Assembly: GCA_902573015.1 (NCBI GenBank)
Contig: CACGIE010000005.1
Span: 1-53,960, forward strand
Length of the DNA: 53,960 nt
Direction: 5' to 3'
Source: an uncultured Candidatus Poseidoniales archaeon
Lineage (GTDB): Archaea; Thermoplasmatota; Poseidoniia; Poseidoniales; Thalassarchaeaceae
This document shows, in pieces, positions 27,910 to 36,300 of this stretch. Every line of letters begins with the position of its first letter. Within the stretch, counting starts at the first letter, position 1. A program made the translations under genes and the position numbers. The notes beneath the pieces are model-generated. The model was not told where the DNA came from. It was given only the letters and a program-made list of their open reading frames with translations, and ran no database searches.

Positions 27910-28737
27910 TCAGGCGTGTCCCGGGAAGCAATAGGGACAATACTCGCCAACTAGATAATTTTCTGATTTCTGCTCTTGCACGGATAGTGGTTCCCTACAT
28001 TTGAAGCACATCTCGATAGTGGTCTCTGAAAGTTTGTGATCGATTGCTACACGCTGATCGAAGACGAAGCAGTCCCCGTTCCAATGTGAGCCACCGCACT
28101 CTTCGAAGTATCCAAGAACTCCCCCTTCAAGTTGCTTTACATCGGAAAACCCTGCATTCAGCATAACTGCAGAGGCTTTCTCACATCTTATCCCTCCAGT
28201 GCAATACATTACCACCTGCTTGGATTTGTACTCATCTGGAAGCGAGTTGATAGCTGCAGGGAACTCCCTGAATGAAGAGATTCCGAGGTCTATCGCTCCT
28301 TCGAATGAGCCGATTCTGACCTCGTAATCGTTCCTTGTATCCAGCACCAAGATATCTTGTCTTTCATCCAATAGTTGTTTGAAGTCGCTTGGTTTGATAT
28401 GAGGTCCTGTGAATAAAGAAGGTTTGATTTCTTGCAAACCAAGAGAAATAATCTCATTCTTCCTCTTCACCAGCATTCTCCTGAAAGGCTGGTAATCTGT
28501 GTAACTGGACTTTATTGGGATGCCACTGAAACGAATGTCTGACTCGAGGAAATCGATGAAATCGCTGACTCTATCCTCAGGACCAGCGAGGAAGAAATTT
28601 ATCCCGTTCGGACTCAGGAGTACGGTTCCCCTTAGCTCTAAATTAGTGCAAAACTCTAGGAATGATTCTCGGAGCTCGTCTCTATCTGGCAGGTCTATGA
28701 AACGATAGCCAGCGATATTCAGAATCTCCCTACTCAC
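27910..28737 (-). CDS. Rhodanese-domain protein of the UPF0176/YceA (TrhO, tRNA U34 hydroxylase) family
   Basis: The N-terminal ILNIAGYRF...LRGTVLLSPNGIN matches the YceA-type N-domain. Rhodanese active loop YCTGGIRCEKAS. C-terminal CxxC...CxxC. Confidence 0.8.
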   Translation of the reverse strand: MSREILNIAGYRFIDLPDRDELRESFLEFCTNLELRGTVLLSPNGINFFLAGPEDRVSDFIDFLESDIRFSGIPIKSSYTDYQPFRRMLVKRKNEIISLGLQEIKPSLFTGPHIKPSDFKQLLDERQDILVLDTRNDYEVRIGSFEGAIDLGISSFREFPAAINSLPDEYKSKQVVMYCTGGIRCEKASAVMLNAGFSDVKQLEGGVLGYFEECGGSHWNGDCFVFDQRVAIDHKLSETTIEMCFKCREPLSVQEQKSENYLVGEYCPYCFPGHA

Positions 28738-28775
28738 GCAACGATGGAGGTCGATTTAGGGTAAGAACGCTGTTA

Positions 28776-29753
28776 TTACCTTCTATTTGTCCAAGGAAAA
28801 AACAGAGACTTTGTAACGTGGACAGCTACGTCTGGATTCTCTCTAAGTCTCCTCATCCCATACTCGTACCACTTTGTTCCATATGGCAGGTAAATCCTCG
28901 TCCTATGTCCCTTTTCTGCCAGTGATCTACGAACGTTGCCCCTTACTCCCAAAAGAAATTGGAACTCATAACCGGGCCCTTTTCCTTTGGCCCTTGGCAC
29001 GGTAGTATCATGACGAGGGTCATCCTTACCAGGTCCCAAACCTCTGGACTCCAACGACTTTAGAGCATGATCAATTACTGGCAAATCATGAGATGCTATT
29101 GCAGTGTAGGCTCCGGATTCTAGCATCATATCTACGGCTTTATTCGTTCCTTCAACGATGTCTCGATATGAAGTATGGGCAATTTCACGAGGTTCCAAGT
29201 AGATCCCCTTACAAATTCTAAAATCTGCCTTCGGACCTAGAGTTTCACACATTTGGGAAATATCGGATGGGGTTCTGAACATCCTTCCTTGGAGAACTAA
29301 GCCGATATTCTCCAGGCCACGGGCTTGCATGTCGAGAGTAGCATCAATTGTAGCTTGAGTGGCTCTACTGTCCTCCATATCCAATCTTACAAAAATTCCA
29401 TTTTCCGATGCCTTGCGTACTATACGCTCGATATTTTTGTAAGCTGATTTCTGATCTATCAGCAGACCCAATGCTGTTGGCTTGATAGAGATGTTTGCAT
29501 CTATTCCACTTTCTGCGATTGAGTCCAGTACTCTCTCATACTCATAAATGAACCATGATGACTCCTCGATGGAGTTAATCTCCTCACCTAGAACGTCTAC
29601 TGTGAAGCATGCTTCTTCAGATGACAATTTTGTCATCAATTCGAGAGCCTGCTCTAGGTTCTCCCCTGCCATGTATCTCTTTGCCACCCATCCGACGACA
29701 AAGCGTGGTGCGAAAGGCAAGAGTGCCACGATAGTCCTTCCGAAGATCCCCAT
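28776..29753 (-). CDS. Proline dehydrogenase (monofunctional PutA-like)
   Basis: Motifs ICKGIYLEP, IASHD, FQFLLGVR and YLPYGTKWYEYGMRRLRENP are typical of the PRODH TIM barrel. Confidence 0.85.
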   Translation of the reverse strand: MGIFGRTIVALLPFAPRFVVGWVAKRYMAGENLEQALELMTKLSSEEACFTVDVLGEEINSIEESSWFIYEYERVLDSIAESGIDANISIKPTALGLLIDQKSAYKNIERIVRKASENGIFVRLDMEDSRATQATIDATLDMQARGLENIGLVLQGRMFRTPSDISQMCETLGPKADFRICKGIYLEPREIAHTSYRDIVEGTNKAVDMMLESGAYTAIASHDLPVIDHALKSLESRGLGPGKDDPRHDTTVPRAKGKGPGYEFQFLLGVRGNVRRSLAEKGHRTRIYLPYGTKWYEYGMRRLRENPDVAVHVTKSLFFPWTNRR

Positions 29754-29784
29754 GGCTCTCTCAACTAGACCAGAGACTTGACAA

Positions 29785-30783
29785 TTACGGGAGGAGGATT
29801 TCCTTCCCTCTTCTCACTGGGACGTCTAGTTCCGAAAGGAGGGAGGATAATGCCTGTCTTTGCCACCCCTTGAAGGATTTCCTGTCTAGGTGAGCGAAGA
29901 CATGCCCTCCGGGGAATGCTGTTCTAGTAGAATCCACAGCAGTACGAACAGAGTGCTCCCAAGGACCTGAGGGGGAAGATTCCTCCTGGTCCTCGAAGAC
30001 TATGGCATAGTTTGCCAAGATATGCCCTACCCAAACTTCTGTCTCGGAAATGATTGCTTTATGCCTAGGCGCATAATGCCCACCCCCTAACCCTATCATG
30101 ACATCTCCCTCTCCCGGCCATTCTCTTTGTTGAGTTTCCTCGGACATTCCCAAGCAGATTGAAATTGTCTGTGCCCAAACGCGTGCAGCTCTTGAGTCCG
30201 CCCATCTTTCCTCGTCTGATCCAATTTCGAGATACAAGGTCGGACTGTCCAATAGCGGACCGTGGTGTGTTGCCTCTAACGTAATATCATATTCTTTGTC
30301 GAGACTTGCTTCTATGGCGATCTTCCTCATAGTCCTAAACATATCTCCGAATCTTGTTGATGGGGGGACTGCCTTACCCTTGATTCCCCCAGATCGAGCC
30401 CTCTCACCATGCGGAGTTTCCCCCGGAACTCCAATTGCATGAAGAGTGAGTGCCGGGACTTCGGATGCAGAGGCGTGCTTGGAGAGAACAAGGACCTCAT
30501 CGACTGGGAAACCTGTGCTTTCCTCGTGTTCTTTGTCTATCCCATCTGCCAGAATATGCAGATTGTCAATAAGGAGAATCTGCACTTCGAATTCTTCATG
30601 AATAGTTACCAAACCATGTGGAAAATCCTGTTCCTCGCCCCATCCCTCAATCTTGAGCACCTCGGACAGAATGTTCATCGAAGCAGTATCCTTTGTTGAC
30701 GATAAGAGTAAGGTTCCCACGAAAGCGGGACGGGGGGGCGGTTCAAAACTCTCGGGTTCAAATTCAATAGTTACTTGTCCCAT
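29785..30783 (-). CDS. dtdA: D-aminoacyl-tRNA deacylase, archaeal type (DTD2)
   Basis: TKDTASMNI, EATHHGP, YLEIGSDEERW, GGGHYAPR and GHILANYA match the DTD2 family as recalled from the Pyrococcus enzyme. I prefer the ATG at 30783 over the TTG at 30825. Confidence 0.75.
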   Translation of the reverse strand: MGQVTIEFEPESFEPPPRPAFVGTLLLSSTKDTASMNILSEVLKIEGWGEEQDFPHGLVTIHEEFEVQILLIDNLHILADGIDKEHEESTGFPVDEVLVLSKHASASEVPALTLHAIGVPGETPHGERARSGGIKGKAVPPSTRFGDMFRTMRKIAIEASLDKEYDITLEATHHGPLLDSPTLYLEIGSDEERWADSRAARVWAQTISICLGMSEETQQREWPGEGDVMIGLGGGHYAPRHKAIISETEVWVGHILANYAIVFEDQEESSPSGPWEHSVRTAVDSTRTAFPGGHVFAHLDRKSFKGWQRQALSSLLSELDVPVRRGKEILLP

Positions 30784-30858
30784 GGTACGCCCCGGGTACC
30801 AATGGTCGATGGGAAAAGTAGGCAAGCCTGGAGATTTATTGATTGGATAACTAGGCCA

Positions 30859-31779
30859 ATGGAAACGGGAGAAATAGGATTTTCACCGTCTGGAGTCGCT
30901 AGAGGAGATGATTTTCATGTCCTTACTGGTACACAAGGCGAAGTGGTTAAAATCAATAGAGAGGGCATACTTCTTGGTTCCGTAGTATCCCTATTTCCAT
31001 CCCCCGTTGTTGACTCTACAATAGTAGGGGACAGATGGTGCGGAATGTGGATGGATCGAGAGTTGAGGCAGGCAAGGATGGCAGCAATCCCACTAAACGA
31101 AGACTGGGTGGATGGTCCCAACAGGGAGCAATTGAGGATCTCCATCCACTCAACGAATGGTGATGTCTTGAAGCCTGCAATGTCGATTTGGCATAGGACC
31201 CTAGATTCAGAGCCAATGAAAATAGGAGTTTCGGGAGAAAACATAGTTTTCACTACAGTAACTGGGGTGTATATGATAGACTCGGATGCTAACGAGATTT
31301 GGAGGGGGATGTTACCAAGATGGCCTGATATCTCGAGTCTATTCGCATTCGATCAGATCGTGGGGATAGTAGAATTTCCTGGAGGATTATCCATTTGGTC
31401 CAGAGCAGGCGGAGTCTCGGTTCTTGACCCCACCAATGGGCTAGAAATTTTCTCAAGGACAATTCAATTTGGAGATAAGATATCAGGAGTTTCTTACTGC
31501 GAAGAAGGCGGTTGGTTTGTTATGTTGCATGAGGGATCCATAGCCGTGATGGACAAAATTGAGGGTGATTTCAGTCCCTTCAACACAGGTTCTCCTGTTT
31601 TGGATGCCCAGTTCATTGATGGCTCATGGAGGTGGACTGGATGGCGGCATGATGGAAGTCTTACAGGGCAAGTAGTGGATATTTTCGAGCGAGACAACGT
31701 CGGCGTCTCCATCATAAATGGAAGTGTTCTGACAAATGATGGTTCATGGAGCGAGTGGGGGGCTACTCGTCAGACTTGA
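30859..31779 (+). CDS. Hypothetical protein, possibly a beta-propeller (PQQ/WD-like repeats)
   Basis: Long ORF with repeated strand-turn patterns and Trp-containing repeats. I chose the ATG at 30859 to avoid overlap with dtdA. The 3' end overlaps the S27ae stop by 17 nt (convergent). Confidence 0.4.
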   Translation: METGEIGFSPSGVARGDDFHVLTGTQGEVVKINREGILLGSVVSLFPSPVVDSTIVGDRWCGMWMDRELRQARMAAIPLNEDWVDGPNREQLRISIHSTNGDVLKPAMSIWHRTLDSEPMKIGVSGENIVFTTVTGVYMIDSDANEIWRGMLPRWPDISSLFAFDQIVGIVEFPGGLSIWSRAGGVSVLDPTNGLEIFSRTIQFGDKISGVSYCEEGGWFVMLHEGSIAVMDKIEGDFSPFNTGSPVLDAQFIDGSWRWTGWRHDGSLTGQVVDIFERDNVGVSIINGSVLTNDGSWSEWGATRQT

Positions 31780-31951
31780 TCGTGTAGCCGCACTTGCCGC
31801 ATACTTTCCTGTCGCTATGCTCACCGAGAAAAACCCCTGGACCGCATTCAGGTTGGGGACAGGGGATTCCCTTCCTGACCAGTTCTCCGTCCACGATTTC
31901 GTATTTTGATGGCTTGGATTTCTTCCACTTCTCTCCAGATCCAGCCATCAA
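31763..31951 (-). CDS. rps27ae: 30S ribosomal protein S27ae (eS31)
   Basis: Zinc ribbon [27 protein letters not shown]. 62 aa. 4-nt overlap with S24e. Confidence 0.9.
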   Translation of the reverse strand: MMAGSGEKWKKSKPSKYEIVDGELVRKGIPCPQPECGPGVFLGEHSDRKVCGKCGYTIKSDE

Positions 31952-32325
31952 GCATCACCTTCCTCGGACTCTTCTGGTTGGCTCTCAGACTCTTCTGGTT
32001 CGGAATCCTCTTCCTCAGAAGGAGCGTTTTCCTTAGTTGCGGAGTTTACCCTTGAACTGTGCCTCTCGATTATGTACTCTGGCTCAATTGATTTTGATGC
32101 TGCTGAGCCGTAAATCAGCGCTGTCCCTGTAGTTCTGGACATTCCAAACCTCGTATTCACGTTCTTTACGACAACCATGTCTCTATCTGCTCCAGGCTCT
32201 GCCTTAGCAGCCGCCTCTACCATTTGGGAAAGAGATGGAGTGGCTTCGTTGGAATGGTCCCACTGAAATTGTAGTTCGACCCGGTCAAGCGCCGGATTCT
32301 CCTTCCTGTTGATTATCTCCATCAT
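31948..32325 (-). CDS. rps24e: 30S ribosomal protein S24e with an acidic C-terminal extension
   Basis: [20 protein letters not shown]...[24 protein letters not shown] is an S24e core. The ATG at 32325 is preceded by GGTAGGTGGG, just after the spt4 stop. The upstream part of the 174-aa ORF overlaps spt4 and is discarded. Confidence 0.85.
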   Translation of the reverse strand: MMEIINRKENPALDRVELQFQWDHSNEATPSLSQMVEAAAKAEPGADRDMVVVKNVNTRFGMSRTTGTALIYGSAASKSIEPEYIIERHSSRVNSATKENAPSEEEDSEPEESESQPEESEEGDA

Positions 32326-32330
32326 CCCAC

Positions 32331-32558
32331 CTACCTGATATTTACCTTGAGTGCGTAGCTTCCGGGCCTCTCTATTTGCAATCTCTTCGCGACCTCGGAC
32401 CTGTCTGGATGCATAATTACGACGAAACCTTGCCAATCTGTTGTAACTGGCGCGCTTGGGCAATGGTTGCATTGTGGTGGTTCTGACTTCTTCTCAGGAT
32501 CTGGCAGAATCATATTGCACTCCCCACATGCAAATGGTTGCTTCGCCATCTTATTCAT
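32331..32558 (-). CDS. spt4: Transcription elongation factor Spt4 (RpoE'')
   Basis: Zinc ribbon CGEC...CNHC followed by WQGFVVIMHPDRSEVAKRL. 75 aa. Conserved position between rpoE' and S24e. Confidence 0.85.
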   Translation of the reverse strand: MNKMAKQPFACGECNMILPDPEKKSEPPQCNHCPSAPVTTDWQGFVVIMHPDRSEVAKRLQIERPGSYALKVNIR

Positions 32559-33105
32559 CTCCCTTGGGCCAATCGAATCCCCCTAGGCCGTCCATTTTGC
32601 AATTCAATCCAATCTTGCTTGAACGAGGATCGTTGTGATTAATTGACTTAGAAACAATTCTAGCCCGAACCGATGATCCCATGACTAGAGACCTACCACT
32701 CTGCTGCCCCTCAATTCTAGCTGAATCACCGCCCAGATTAACCTGTACGGGTTCATCAAGAATCTGTGACTTGTGAAGTAGAGCCTCCATTGGGCCTATC
32801 CTCACGAAGGCACCGTACTCTGACACCTCGGAAACGGCCCCATCGATGACCTCGTTGTTATCCATTGTGAAAACTAGAGCCTTGAAACGGACGTTCTGGT
32901 AAATCGCACCGTCCCCGTGAATTATCTTCCCTCTGCCGACTGCTTCGTGATCGAACGTCAGTAGGGTGAAATTCTCATCCTCATCAAATCTACACTCAAA
33001 TGCGTCATGAGCCAACTCGTCTATGTGGTCCTCAAGTCTACGGCCCCTTCTGATATATTCAGCTGGGATTCTGATAGTTGACTCTCTTGTCTCTAGGGTA
33101 TACAT
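32551..33105 (-). CDS. rpoE: DNA-directed RNA polymerase subunit E' (Rpo7)
   Basis: MYTLETRESTIRIPAEY... N-domain plus an S1 domain (GAVSEVSEYGAFVRIGPMEALLHKSQI). The ATG at 33105 is preceded by GGTGGAAAAGAA. The 126 codons upstream in the ORF call look non-coding. Confidence 0.85.
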   Translation of the reverse strand: MYTLETRESTIRIPAEYIRRGRRLEDHIDELAHDAFECRFDEDENFTLLTFDHEAVGRGKIIHGDGAIYQNVRFKALVFTMDNNEVIDGAVSEVSEYGAFVRIGPMEALLHKSQILDEPVQVNLGGDSARIEGQQSGRSLVMGSSVRARIVSKSINHNDPRSSKIGLNCKMDGLGGFDWPKGDE

Positions 33106-33232
33106 TTCTTTTCCACCGACGCGGACCTTCCCGAAGCCGGACGGAGGGGGGAGTCGCCTCCCGTCCCTCATCGGCCATGCCTCTGGAGGAGAGGTCCGTG
33201 CGACCCGGCGACCGACCCCTCCTGTATAAGCA
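33106..33232 (-). promoter_or_regulatory. Candidate promoter (CTTATA box at 33225-33230, minus strand) plus a GC-rich structured leader of the rpoE'-spt4-S24e-S27ae operon
   Basis: The stretch is visibly more GC-rich than its surroundings. 33120-33129 pairs with 33191-33200 (core CGGACCT/AGGTCCG). An internal hairpin of about 10 bp spans 33139-33166 (GGACGG-A-GGGG / CCTCCCGTCC). Confidence 0.3.
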
Positions 33233-33343
33233 CAACGGATTGAGTTGGTAGTTCGGCTACTTCGATTAATCGTCAGACCGTAGGTCTGAATGTGCGTTTG
33301 GTGCGAATGTTCAAGTGGATTCGGAAACGCATCTCTGATTCTG

Positions 33344-36300
33344 ATGACAGCGGCTAGCTTGCAGAGGCCTTCTCGGCGGGGAATTATATCGGGATTTGTA
33401 ATTGCGATGATGCTATCCGTTCCACTAGTGTCTATTGACAGGGGTATGGAGAAATATTCCTTGAAAGATGGTATTGATATCAAGATGAATACGCAGGAAG
33501 AGTCGGATTCGACTTGGATAGATGGAGGGCAGCCCTGGCCTCAGTCAGGTAGAACAGCAACTAGGATAGCGGATGTCCCGATTCACTCTCCAGATGGCGG
33601 TGCTGGATATGGAGATCCTACTAACTCGAGTTCACTTATGTCGGTGGTTAAGCCGGCGATTAACTGGGAGTTTGGTTCATACTCAATTGGTACAGACTCA
33701 CTGGCTACTCCCATTGCAGAAATGAGTGGTTCAATAGAGATTGGTCCCGGTGCGGAGGAGAGGTGCGGAGGTAGATCGCTGTTCACCGTTTTGGTTCAAA
33801 GCGAAGACGTTGCTGGTTCCGAACACAGTATACTGAGACTCATAGAAGGAGAGGACGCCGAACTAGCTTGGCAGGTAGATCTTGGAGTAACTGAGAAAGT
33901 CAAGGCCTCACCAGTCGTGGTAGACATCGATGAGGATGGGAGTCCTGAGATAGTTGTAGCGTATGATGCAGGGGGGTCGTTGTATGTGGATGTCTGGTCT
34001 CCCAGAATGTTCTGCTCGGTAACTGGGTGGACTTACTCGGGCCACTCAGAAGACCTGCTTTGGACTTGGAGTGACGAGTCTTTGATGATTAGCAGTGAAG
34101 AAGGACCGTACACAAGTGGAATTTTAGGAGGCCATAAGCCGACTACCCAGCCCCTTCTTGCTGATCTAGACCTCGACGGTGATGCGGAATTGGTAATCGC
34201 TGCTCTAGACGAGATATCCGAGGATCCGGTAGTACTTGCTCTACCGTTGCAAACCAGCGGATCACCAAATACACTTTGGCAAGTTTCTCTGAGTAAAGGA
34301 AGCCACCCCTCCGACCCTGCCTTTGCACAAGTTGATGATGACACCGGATATGTGCTACTGACTACCATCGAGGCAAATAATGGAGGGATGTGGGTTTGGA
34401 AGATTGACTCTGAAACCGGTAGTTCGATTTGGCAAGGGGGTTTGTCATTGAACAACCTGGATGGGGATACCAATTCACCTCATGTTAGATTACCGGGGCC
34501 CATCATAGCCAATCTTGATTCTGACTCTGACCCTGAGATAATAGTCACAATACCCAGTGACGCAGATGGTTCGACTGCTGTGGATGGGGCTGAATTCAGA
34601 GGAATAGAAATTTCAGATGGTTCGCAATTGTGGGAATTCGAGGCAACAAATGGATTTGCCGATGCCCCTCCCACTGCTATTGACACCGATGGCGATGGGA
34701 TGCATGACAGAGTGTGTTGGAACACATGGTGGCAGACTACAACAGACAGGCAAGGTGCAGCAGGGTGTCACGACGTAGAGGGGACTGTGCCGAACCAGGA
34801 GTGGGCGCAAGATCTGGAGCAAAGCAGCGGCAATCCAAATGATGAGATTGCGGTTGCGGCTCCCATATGGATGAATATCGATTCAGAAGACGAGCCAGAG
34901 CTCCTAGTCTCTTATGGCAGATCTCTTTGGGCATTCGATGGATCGAGTGGTTCCCCAGCGGGGATTAATTCAGAGTGGTCAAATGATGTCGAATTGTCGC
35001 ACAGGACTTGGTCATCTCCTGCCATAGCCGATGTGGATGGCGATGCCACGGCGGATATTGTGTTGGGTAGCATGGTAGTATCTATGGCAATGCCCGACGT
35101 CAGGCCAATAACCGATGGAAGGGGAATAGAGTTCAACCCAAGTGCTCCCGATCCTGGTGAAGAAGTAACTGTCACGGTTTACATAGAAAATGCTGGAACT
35201 GCAGATACTGAAGAGGTAGTGGATGTAGCAGTATTTGCCAACGGAGAGAAGATTGGGGGAGAAGGCATTGAAGTTCTAAATCCAGTAGATCCGACAGGTT
35301 CTGGTTCATTCGCCTCCTTCAATGTTGAGTGGAGCGGCGATCTTGGCGAGCATACCTTCGAATTGATTGTTGACCCATATCGAAACTTGAGTCAAACAAG
35401 GTTCGATAACGACAAACAGATTAGAACCCTATCAATAATCCCAACATATAACGCGACTTTCGAGATTCCCACTGAACCAATCAGAGTCGATCCGGGAGAG
35501 GATGGAGATGCGCGATTTGGAGTCAGATCAACGGGGAGGTTGGCAGGAACCTGGACGCTTAATGTTGACAGTACCTCTCTACCTGATGGATGGACTTGGG
35601 AAGACGAAACTCCCGGAGGTATTACTTCAATCGAAATTGGTGTTGGACAGGTCTGGACCCCCTCTTTGAGAATTATCGCACCCTCGGACGCACTGGGATC
35701 AGATGCAGGTTTCCTGGCCCTGACCCTTACACGAGATGGAGGAGACGAGGAGATTTATGCAAATCTCCCGGTAGAGGCTAACAGAACCAGAGGCCTTTCG
35801 ATAAGAGGTCCGGACGGGACTACACAGAGTACCGGTTTTGGACTTGTATCAGAGGATGCTAGGGCATGGTTACTGATAGAGAATGTTGGAAACGCTGAGG
35901 AAAGTCAGATCGCTATTTCCTGGGACGGAACCGAATGGGGCTCAGATCTGAGAATCTTCGATTCTTCTGGATATGAGATAAGTGCCCTGACTCTCGGTCC
36001 GGGAGAGGAGAGGGAAGTGACTGCCAGACTCCCTGTACCTTCCGGTACAGCGCCTGGAGAGTCCGTAACCACCCCTCTGAGCATGTGTGTTGGAGCGGGA
36101 GATGAGCAGGAGTGCAGTCAAGTACAGTTGGAATTTATCTCTTCCAGGTCAGTGATGGATCCCAGTCACATCAGATCGGTGCCTGAACAAGGGCTAACCT
36201 GGGAAATCTCAGCCGACATCCCAGAGGGAGTTGGGAGTATGAATTGGTCATTATCTGATTCCGGAATGTCAATCCCAGGGTGGGATTGGAGTGGTTCAGG

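Noticed and set aside
27846-27950. 35-codon N-terminal extension of the S8 protease ORF overlapping the TrhO-like gene
   Set aside because: A textbook signal peptide begins at the internal ATG (27845). The extension overlaps the 3' end of the neighbouring gene and has no signal-like character.
31948-32472. Full 174-aa ORF call for S24e
   Set aside because: The first 49 codons overlap spt4 in another frame and are Arg-rich non-homologous sequence. S24e homology starts at the ATG at 32325, which has its own ribosome-binding site.
33186-33200. GGAGGAGAGGTCCGTG resembles the RNase P RNA CR-I motif (GAGGAAAGUCCGGGC)
   Set aside because: It has several mismatches. I could not find the other universally conserved RNase P blocks (the ACAGAA..GGCUUA type) nearby, and the ORF-free space is too short for a roughly 300-nt RNase P RNA. 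I treat it as part of an unclassified structured element.
33335-33348. CTGA...TGATGA, resembling C/D-box sRNA elements; a similar ATGATA/CTGA pair occurs at about 48003-48020
   Set aside because: Box order and spacing are wrong for a C/D sRNA. There is no second box pair and no terminal stem, and the boxes are under 10 nt apart. The first site also lies at the probable start codon of the large gene.
33106-33483. N-terminal 126 codons of the 310-aa ORF call for rpoE' (32551..33483)
   Set aside because: The Rpo7 homology begins at the ATG at 33105, which has a GGTGG ribosome-binding site. The upstream part is GC-rich, Arg/Pro/Gly-rich non-protein-like sequence, better explained as a structured leader or intergenic region.
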